The notes beneath the pieces are model-generated. The model had not been told where the DNA came from, made no database searches, and was given only the letters and a program-made list of their open reading frames with translations. The translations under genes were made by a program, and so were the position numbers. Below, in pieces: positions 53,930-64,000 of a DNA stretch of 64,000 bases (the stretch's first letter is position 1; every line of letters begins with the position of its first letter). Source of the DNA: Octopus vulgaris (lineage: Eukaryota). The DNA lies in assembly GCA_951406725.2 (NCBI GenBank), contig OX597822.1, positions 2,790,001 through 2,854,000 of the forward strand. Reading direction: 5' to 3'.

Positions 53930-54127
53930 ATTGCACGCCGGACAAAATGATTAGCGGCATTTCGTCCGTCCTTATGATCTGAGTTCAAATTCCACCGTGG
54001 TCGACTTCGCATTTCATCCTTTGGAGGGTCGATAAAATAAGTACCAGGTAAATAATGGGGTTGATGTAATTGACTTACCCCTTCCCCCAAAATTGGAGGC
54101 ATTGTGCCTTTTGTAGAAAGGATTATT
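53930..54127 (+). mobile_element. SINE family B with type-2 tail
   Basis: gagttcaaattcc...tttcatcctttggagggtcgataaaataagtaccag...tagaaaggattatt. Confidence 0.8.
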
Positions 54128-55569
54128 AGTACGGGATAACAATGGTCTCTGTTTAGGCACAAGGCCAACAGTTTTAATGTGTGTATAAAACCTGGTACTT
54201 TCTTTCATCGTCCCGGAAGGATGTAAGCCAGAGTTGATATTTCTAACATGAAAAGGACCAGTGTTTTGTCTGGGCTGAGGGAATGGTCTATTGTATCGAT
54301 CTTTAGTACTTAATAAGAACTTTATTTTTATCGATCCCGGAAAAAGAAAACAAATGAAAACTCAATTACGACAGGTTTCACAACTTTTGACGTAAAGCGT
54401 CGTAACAACGATGACGACGACGATAATGATGGCGATTACATCAGCAAAAACAAGAACAATAATAAAACAAACATGGCAGACAACGAGGATGACGAGGAAG
54501 GAGGAAATGAAAAGAAGAAGGCAGAGGGTGATAACGACCTTTTTAATGTGATGTCTCCTGTGATTCAGCTAACATTCAGCAGATATATGTTGATGCAATG
54601 TAGCATGATTGTGTGGGGAAAGGGTTAATAAGTCTGGTGTACACAAACAAAGAAGAATGTACAAGATTAGGGTGGAGACGATGAGTCAGAGAGGATCTTT
54701 CGTCATCGGTTTTTGTGTCTGGAGTAACCAGACAGCAGCGTGAGTGTACACCGAGCTTTCAAGCGTGTTTGCCCACACATGTACACAGTTTTGTATAGAC
54801 TCGGGATATTTTTAACATGGAACATAGTTATATCTGTATACACACACACACACACACACAAACGCATACACTTACACACAAACACACAGGCACACACACA
54901 CACTCATACACAGACAGGCACGCACACACACACGCATACATATATACTTATATGACTCCATAATTAAATATCAGTATGCGTATAAATATATATATCAGAG
55001 TGTTTTCTTGTGTGTATATATACACACACACACACACAAACACATCTCACTCTCTATATATACATATATATATACTTACATAAAAACACATATATTCACA
55101 CACCCTCATTTTCTGTTTAAATGTAAGAAAGCTATTGAATATCATTAAATTAAAAACTTACTAATTAAATTATAAAAAAAAACCTCCAGGCAGTTTCAGG
55201 GTGTGTATATACATACATACGTGTGCAGGTGGGTGGGTCTGCGCACGCGCGTGTGTGTGAGTGTGCGTCTGTGTGTGTGTTTGCATATATGCATATATAC
55301 GTATGCACACACACACACATATATATATATATATACACAAGTATGCATACGTAAATATGTTCATATACATATATTTTTACATATATATTTAGATAGGTGA
55401 GTGGGTGCGTGAGTGTGTGTGTGTGTGTCTGTGTGTATGTGTCTGTATGTGTCTCTGTGTGTATGCATGTATTAAACATGCTGTATATATATGTATACAT
55501 CTACGTATGCATATGCATGTTATATAAATACACACACACATACACACACAAACACTTATATGTATATGT

Positions 55570-56052
55570 TCTTTATTTTTTCTTTCACTTCTTTCAGTCA
55601 TTTGACTGCGGCCATGTTGGAGCACTGCGTATACTCGAACAAATCCATCCCAGGAGTTATTCTTTGTAAGCCTAGTACTTATTCTCTCAGTGTCTTTTGT
55701 CGAACCGCTAGGTTACGGGGACGTAAATACACCAGCATCCGTTGTTAGCGATGGGACAAACATAGACACACAAATATATACATATATAAATATATATGCA
55801 TATATAAATTGCCATGATAGATCGTTAGCCACTACACACATTTTTTCTCTCCTTGTTTTTTCTGTGTCCCTTTCTGAAGAAGAGCATAGGCTCGAAACGT
55901 AAAAGACTTTTTCCATTCCTGAGCGTTATACTAGTACATCTGTTTGTTTTGTACACCACCTGTCTTCGTCTTTTGTTTCTTTCGTAAACTCTCCCTATAT
56001 ATATATACATATATATATGACGGGCTTCTTTCAGTTTCCGTCTGCTAAATCC
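55570..56052 (-). mobile_element. SINE family A interrupted by a hammerhead family E element (55810-55997, plus strand)
   Basis: 3' half at 55570-55770 and 5' part at 56018-56052. Confidence 0.8.
55870..55905 (+). ncRNA. Minimal type I hammerhead, canonical core
   Basis: cttt CTGAAGA a GAGC-atag-GCTC GAAAC GTA aaag. Confidence 0.75.
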
Positions 56053-56166
56053 ATATCTATATATGCATATATCTATTCTAATACATATATATGTACGTGC
56101 ATGAGTGTGCGACCACATGTATATACGTACGTTTCTACGTATGTACGTTACGTATATTAATATACT

Positions 56167-56624
56167 CTAGAAATTTTCACTTTGGTCAAAATTCATAAAC
56201 AAAATTCAAACATGAACATCTTGACCTGTTTTATATGAAACGAGCACCCACCCCCCAGTCCAATGGACGGTGCTGAGTTGTCAAACATTTAAACCAAATT
56301 TTCTCAAAACAACTTGTCCGACCGTCCCATAGGCCTCCCCTTTGAAAAACGCTGATTTAACCTAAATTTGAGACACCAGCAAAAGATGAAATAAAGATAG
56401 ACTTTTTTCTATTCCAAGAAAAACGATTTTGCAAATGCACGTTCCCATGGCTTTATCGAATGCATTCTCACCTGGAATCGATTTTTGTAAATGTTTCAAG
56501 ACTTATACGCGTCCTGCTACAGTCGGTATCTACATATCAAATTTGAGCGCACTCGGATGGAGGATGCCCGAGATCCTAGAAGACACACACACACAGACAG
56601 TCAGAACGGATTTTATATAATAGA
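56167..56624 (-). mobile_element. Helitron-like non-autonomous element
   Basis: Minus-strand 5' end A|TCTATTATATAAAA followed by (CTGT)/(GT) repeats. The 3' end is uncertain. Confidence 0.45.
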
Positions 56625-56987
56625 TTAATCTACCAAAGCTACGCTGATGCGAGAACACTCCACACTGCTCTGCAAACCGCACGGAATGTTCATAACGCTA
56701 TGTAAGTACAATATATCAAGCTGCGATGTTAGTCGTCATTTTGCGATTTTACACGTAGGAAGATATGTAATCATCCCACTTCAAGAAGGCAAAAACTATA
56801 AGAATGGTGGTGATGCAATCGCACAAGGGAGGAGTTGTGAGGTATTTGTGAGATATTAGGCTACTGAAATATTATGTTACTGTGTTAGGAGTGGTAAATT
56901 ACCCGGCTAAGCTGATCACTATTAAGTACCAGAGCAAAACGCCTTCCAGTGATATCAGTCGATAGACTGACACACACACATACACAC

Positions 56988-57322
<335 letters not shown>

Positions 57323-57442
57323 AATATATATACTTGTATATATATATATATATATCCTATATTATATATTATATATATATTCTATCAGCATTTTGGCATA
57401 TATTATATATATGTGTATACACATATATATATATATATATAT

Positions 57443-57507
<65 letters not shown>

Positions 57508-57802
57508 CATAAATATATGTATATGTACACAACATATATTCATAGATATATATATAAATTCTCCAGACACATATAAATATATACATATATATGTATATAT
57601 AAATATTTAGCCAGCTAATATATATGTAGGCTTTACTTCCTTTATTTGTTTCAGTCATTCGACTGTGGTCATGACTAGGGCACTGCCTGAATTTTAAAGT
57701 CAGTACAAATAGGCCCAGGACTTTATTTTCTTTTACCGCTACTTATTCTATCGTGCACTTTTGGCGAACTGCTAATATTGTCAAGCGGTTGATGGGTCGT
57801 CA

Positions 57803-57858
<56 letters not shown>

Positions 57859-58438
57859 CATATATATACATATCTATCTATCTACTATAGGCTATCTTGT
57901 CAGTTTCAAGTCTGCATATCCATTTTAGAAAGCTAAAGGGTGGTCTCAGATATAGAATTCTTTTGTTCTTTTACTTCTTTTAGCCAATAACGTCAGCCCA
58001 TGATGAGGCACTGAACCCAAAAAACCATGTGGTTAGTACTTTAAAGGTGAACTCAAAGCAAGCCACTTATTTTATCGCTTTCTTTGCCGTACCGCTAATT
58101 ACGGGGACGTTAACACACCAACACCGGTTGTGAAGCGGTTATGGGGGACAAACACACACACACACACACACACAGGTACACACACACACACAAACACACA
58201 CACATATATATATTTATATACATATACGATAGGCTTCTTTCAGTTTCCGTCTGCCATGTCATTCCCAAAACTTTGGGTGGTCTTGCAGATGTATTGAGCA
58301 CTTGCCCAAGGCGTCACGCCCTGGGACTGAACCAAAGCCATGTGGTTGGGAAACAGCTTCTTTATTTCTTTTAAATTGCCATGTTACATGAAGGACACTA
58401 CCACTTACTTTTGGGGACTTATAAGGATTAAAATAAAA

Positions 58439-58476
<38 letters not shown>

Positions 58477-58917
58477 GTTTGTATGTGTGTGTGTGTGTAA
58501 AACAGCGTATAAATAGTAGCTCCACTCCATATGTCCTCCTCAACTACTCGACCAATAAAGGTGTATATATAAATGTATGTACGTATGCTCAAATCTACAT
58601 ATTTAAGAGTGTATGTGTGTATATATATTTGTACGTATGTATGTATGTATGTATAAAAGCACAGCTCACCCAAGTAGTTCCCACTTTTCGACCCAGCAAC
58701 ATATCCGGGTTGCACCGCTAGGGTGTATAGAAGGAGGGCAACATCGCTATGAACTTCTACTCGTTGGTTAATTACTGTTTTCTTCTTTCAATCGAAATAA
58801 CACCAATTAATTTCACATACACAATATACACACACATATATGTACATATATGTCCGTGTGTGTATATGTATTTATAAACGTATGTGTGTGTCTTCACACA
58901 CACACACACACACGCAT

Positions 58918-58952
<35 letters not shown>

Positions 58953-59030
58953 CATATATAAATATACATATATATAAATATATATATACATATATAAATA
59001 TTTACATAGATATATATATATACATACATA

Positions 59031-59062
<32 letters not shown>

Positions 59063-59101
59063 CGTATGTATGTATGTATGTATGTATGTATGTATATATA
59101 T

Positions 59102-59390
59102 GAAGTCGCGTCTCATAGTGGTTAGGGTATTCAGTTCGCGATCGTAATGCCGTGGGTTCAATTACCGGCGACACGTTATAACCTTGAGCAAGACAGTTTA
59201 TTTCACCTTGCTCCAAATCACTCACCAAAAATGAACACTAGGGCCTGCCTTGTCACATTCAGTGTCATGATGGATTTCCCTGGGGAGTACACGTGTCTGT
59301 GGAACGCTCAGCCACTTGCATGTTAATTTCACGAACAGGCTGTTCCGTTGTTCGGAGCGACTGGAACCCTCATCGAGGTAACCGAGGGTT
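59102..59390 (+). mobile_element. CORE-type SINE with tail type 2
   Basis: tagtggttaggg / gggttcaatt boxes, ccttgagcaagaca, tail shared with 11187-11563. Confidence 0.75.
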
Positions 59391-59727
59391 ATATAAAATC
59401 AATAGTACGTAATGTTCTATTAATTAATGAATTAAAAACCATAATATAGCTTCATTACCAACCATATGGTTCACTCCCACTGCGTGGCATCTTTGGCAAG
59501 TGTCTTCTACTGTTTACGTCCTCGTAACATAGCGGTTTGGCAAAAGAGACTAATAGAATGAGTACTAAGCTTACAAAGAATCAGTCTTGGAGTCGAATCG
59601 CTCGACTAAAGGTGGTGCTCCAGCATGGCCGCAGTGAAATGACTGAAACAGCTAAAAGAATATATGTGCGTTTGTGTATGTATATATATATATATATATA
59701 TATATAGATAGATAGATAGATAGATAT

Positions 59728-59787
<60 letters not shown>

Positions 59788-59842
59788 ACACACAGACAGA
59801 CAGACAGACAGACAGGCAGACATAAAGACAGACTGACAGATG

Positions 59843-59908
<66 letters not shown>

Positions 59909-59984
59909 CAGACATATATATAGGTATGTAAAATCAAGGATGCGTAGTGTTTCTATTAATTAATAAATCAATAAACGTAATAAA

Positions 59985-60122
59985 TGCACAAGCAAACGGG
60001 AAACATAGGCAGAAATTTATCAACTCCTCATCGGTTATCGACCGCGAAATTGCGTTTGACCCTCTGTCCGACAACTGATGAGGAGTTGGTCACTTTCTGT
60101 GTCTGTTTCCCGTTTGGTTGCA
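59985..60122. repeat. About 140-bp hairpin with about 55-bp imperfect arms (small MITE-like)
   Basis: caaacgggaaaca...caactcctcatcggtt versus aactgatgaggagttg...tgtttcccgtttg. Confidence 0.8.
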
Positions 60123-60159
60123 CTTTAATCAGGTTTTTTTAACGCACACACACACACAC

Positions 60160-60206
<47 letters not shown>

Positions 60207-60430
60207 GCACGCACGCACATACACACACATACACGTGTATGTGAAAACAAAGTTAGCGGTTATAGTAACCAACGAAGGGATAAAATAGCAACATATACTA
60301 TCGGTATCACCTATTTTGCTTATGGCATGCTTTGGATTAATAAATAAGCTAACAATGTGGTCCAATCGATGTGTTTGTTATTCTGTGGTCTCCATCTTCT
60401 AATTATTAGATATACATGTGTGTGTGTATG

Positions 60431-60499
<69 letters not shown>

Positions 60500-60507
60500 T
60501 ATATATA

Positions 60508-60962
60508 TCCTTTTGTCCTTTTACTTGTTTCAGTCAGTTGACTACGGCCATGATGGGGCACCGCCTAGAAGGGTTTCAGTCGAACAAATATGACCCCAGG
60601 ACTTGAAAACCTAGTACTTATTTTAGCGTTTTCGTTTGCCGTACCGCTAAGTTACAGGGACGTTTACATACCAACACCGGTTGTGAAGCGGTTATGGTGA
60701 ACAAACACACAAACACACACACATATATATAAATGTATATATGCATACATTCAAACATACATACATACGTACATACATACGTACATACATACATATATAT
60801 ATATACGACGTGCTTCTTTCTGTTGGCGTCTGCCAAATCAGTTGGCAAAACTTTGGTCGGTCTGCAGCTATAGTAGAAGACACTTGCCCAAGGTGTCACG
60901 CACTGGAACTGAACCCGAAACCATGTTGTTGGGAAGCAAGCTTCTTACCACACAGCTACGCT
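60508..60962 (-). mobile_element. SINE family A, full length
   Basis: Reverse-complement homology to 6511-6950. Confidence 0.85.
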
Positions 60963-61620
60963 TGTGTTTCTTATAAGAGGAACCACAGGCTACAATGAAG
61001 AATTCAGAAATAATGTAGCATAGTGTAATATATTCATTTTCTCCTGATGACAAAAATTAATTGCTTCTTTCAATAAGTTAATTGAAGAAATGTTAAAATT
61101 CTTCGGAAGACAAAAATATAATGACGATGTATATTATAAATGAGATTCTAAGAATATGAATAGACGGTCCAAAATTGAAAAACATATAACACAAAAGAAA
61201 GACCGAAAGTCTTGCCACGCCGCAGACTCAAAATGCCGGTTTCAGGTATTCTGTGATGAATGATTTCTCCACTCCCACACCCGGAGGGGATGCCGGTCCG
61301 TGACAGGGTTACTAACTTTTCACAGCTGAGTGGACTGGCGCTACGTGAAAAGAAGAGTTTTGCTCAAGAACAAAACTCATTGCCGAATCCTGGGATCGAA
61401 ACCATAATTTTTCGAGCGTGAGTTCATCATCCTAACCACTAAACCACGCGTCTCCTCCGCCAAACATTACTGAAAGAAAACCATTGAAAAACAGGGGTAT
61501 GAGGTTTTAGTAAATTTGTCGGGTCGCTCGTAAGTCGGTTTTAGCTAGATTTAAAATTTTGAGAGCCAGAACAGTATTAACAAATCATTTTCAAAGGGTG
61601 ATATATATACATATATATTT

Positions 61621-62475
61621 CACGGGAAAATGCGAGCAAGAGAAATAATATTCTTAAATATTATAAACCTGGACAAGTTCTTTTACTTCAGGACAAGTTA
61701 TTACATCTGGTAAAGTACAAAACAAGAACATTTTTACTTAAAATATTACAGCTAAGGATAAAATTTCAAATAAAATATTTACATTTAGAAAATATTAGCT
61801 TTGTTTTAAAACTAAAAATGTTATTACAAGTTATTACTTCTATTTTTCATTACTTGTTATTTCTATTAAAAATAAAAAAAATAACTCATAATATTTTTGC
61901 GCTTTAAAAAATTCATTTTTTAAATTATTAATTTATAATTAGAAATTTGAAAATAGGTTATTAAAAATAGTAGTACTACATAATTAGTACAATAAATAGA
62001 ATAATACAAAAATTAGTTGTATATTACAGTAAAATCAACCTATAACAATAAATTCACAGTAAAATTTGCTTGAGTTCTTGCCTAAAATATTGCCAAGTCT
62101 TCACATTTTTAGTCTTGACCTAATGTCTATTTTTGACATAATGAATTTGCCTGCCATATATACTATTCTACTTTGCATAAAACTTTAGCTATATTGGTAC
62201 TTCTGGATCTCATTTTTAAAGTATCCTAGTGTGTCAAGGTTTTAACAAAATGATGGTTCTTTTTTAATTATAATGTTACTTCGTAGTTAAAATAAAATAA
62301 ATTTTAATATTCAATTTTATCCTTAACTGAAATATTTTAATAAAAATGTTCTTGTTCTGTATTTTACCAGATGTAATAAGTTGTCCTAAACTTTTCCAAG
62401 TGTAATAACTTATCCTGTACTTTTCCAGGATTTTAATCTTAAGAATATTATTTCTCTTGCTCGCATTTTTCCATG
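61621..62475. mobile_element. AT-rich non-autonomous DNA transposon with about 170-bp TIRs
   Basis: cacgggaaaatgcgagcaagagaaataatattcttaa versus ttaagaatattatttctcttgctcgcatttttccatg. The CAY termini suggest the CMC group, but the TSD is unclear. Confidence 0.8.
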
Positions 62476-63173
62476 TAATCCATGTTTTTTCCAGACTATG
62501 CTAATTTATGCTAATTAAGAATGTGTCAAATTTGTCAATTTGCTTCAATTTACAATGACGCCGGTGACATATATTAAAAGTCCCCTTATAGAACTATATT
62601 CATAAAAAAGTATAGAACTATATTATCACCCTTAAATTTAAGAAACAAACGCTCATAACATTTTCTTTTAAAACTTCATCGCCTGAAACTGATACCATGA
62701 AATTCCTCGAATTAAGCTCTATCATTTAAACCTGATTGTTTTAAAAATACAAAAAGTTAATTATACTTAAATCCAATTTTTTGCCTTACTTATAATTTTT
62801 TCATGATGTTTTCTCTCACAACCTTTTGATACAAATTTTTATTGCATGGAAAGTGAACCATGAAATTCTTCATGCTCTCTTTAATCATTGAAGCTGAGCT
62901 AGATATTTTTTGTTTTTAAAATAAAATAATTATTTAGATCTAAACTTGATTCGTGGCCTTACTTACTCTCCTATAGCGTTGCTACAAATTTCGATGTTAA
63001 CTTTTTTCTACTGGGTCAATATTTAGCTAGGGAGCAGTCCTCTTCAAAAATGTTAATAGTTCTTAATTTGGTTAAGAACCGAATTAGTAACAAGCTCTGA
63101 AAGGTGCTGCATATGAGTAAATTGCGATCTTAAGAATATTATTCAACAACTTCCGTAGTTGAATGATATATGT

Positions 63174-63590
63174 AGGCGCAGAAGAGGCTGTGGGGTAACA
63201 AGCTTGCTTCCCAACCACATGGTTCTGGGTTCAATCCAGCAGCGTGGGACCTTGGTGAGTCTATTCTACCATAGCTTCGGGTCAACAAAAGCCTTGTCAG
63301 TGGATTTGGTAGACGGAAACTGAAAGAAGTCCGTTGTATACATATATGTGTATATATATCTATGTGCGTGTGTGTGTTTGTCTTTGTGTCTGTGTTTGAC
63401 TCCCATCATCACTTGACAACCGGTGTTGGCGATGTTTACGTTCCCGTACCTTACCAATTCGACAAAACAGCTGATAGTATAAGTACCAGGTTCAAAACAT
63501 TAGTCCTGGTATCAATTCATTCGACTGAAAATTCAAGGCGTTTCACCAGCATAGCCGCAGTCTAATGACTGAAACCAGTAAGAGATAAAA
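63174..63590 (+). mobile_element. SINE family A, full length, diverged
   Basis: Colinear homology with 6511-6950. Confidence 0.85.
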
Positions 63591-63591
63591 G

Positions 63592-63645
<54 letters not shown>

Positions 63646-63687
63646 GTTAATAAAAGGAATTCCAACCTTACACAATCACACACACCC

Positions 63688-63744
<57 letters not shown>

Positions 63745-63748
<4 letters not shown>

Positions 63749-63908
63749 AGGAGAATTTACGAAAATCACAAAAGACGAAGACAGGTGGTGTACAAAACAA
63801 ACAGATGTATCCATATAACACTCAGGAATAGAAAAAGTCTTTTACATTTCGAGCCTACGCTCTTCTACAGAAAGGGACACAGAAAAAAACAAGGAGAGAT
63901 ACAAGGAG

Positions 63909-63912
<4 letters not shown>
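63745..63912 (-). mobile_element. Hammerhead family E element (core at 63839-63874)
   Basis: Minus strand: cttt CTGTAGA a GAGC-gtag-GCTC GAAAT GTA aaag, flanked by (AT)n. Confidence 0.75.
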
Positions 63913-63944
<32 letters not shown>

Positions 63945-63953
63945 TAAATATAA

Positions 63954-64000
<47 letters not shown>

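Noticed and set aside
60076-60083. CTGATGAG as a hammerhead core
   Set aside because: There is no correctly placed stem II-GAAA or cleavage triplet. It is part of a hairpin arm.

Overview
Eukaryotic, AT-rich, repeat-saturated non-coding DNA (intergenic or a very large intron). It is most likely from Octopus, inferred from dense tRNA-derived SINEs resembling the published octopus OK/OR-type families plus extreme (AT)n/(TACA)n/(GATA)n microsatellite density. No intact host protein-coding gene is supported: nearly all ORFs in the track are microsatellite translations. Real coding remnants are all transposon-derived: an RTE LINE 3' end, an R4/Dong-type LINE endonuclease end, a decayed DD37D (maT) transposase, an internally deleted mariner and a possible Penelope GIY-YIG tail. 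Other contents are several SINE families, MITEs, Helitron-like elements, a tiny LTR+PBS relic in a triple nest, long hairpins and a near-identical 3.5-kb tandem duplication. The most notable signal is a dense set of type I hammerhead ribozyme motifs, about 14 copies from several lineages, in small non-coding elements inserted in (AT)n tracts. These include a young 404-bp-period, retrozyme-like unit with an intact hammerhead and a family in which most copies carry a non-canonical CUGU-N-GA core. SINE multimers with one fixed junction, bounded by a single TSD, are a second hint of circular or template-switching RNA intermediates. All calls were made by eye; coordinates may be off by a few bases and family names are not database-verified.
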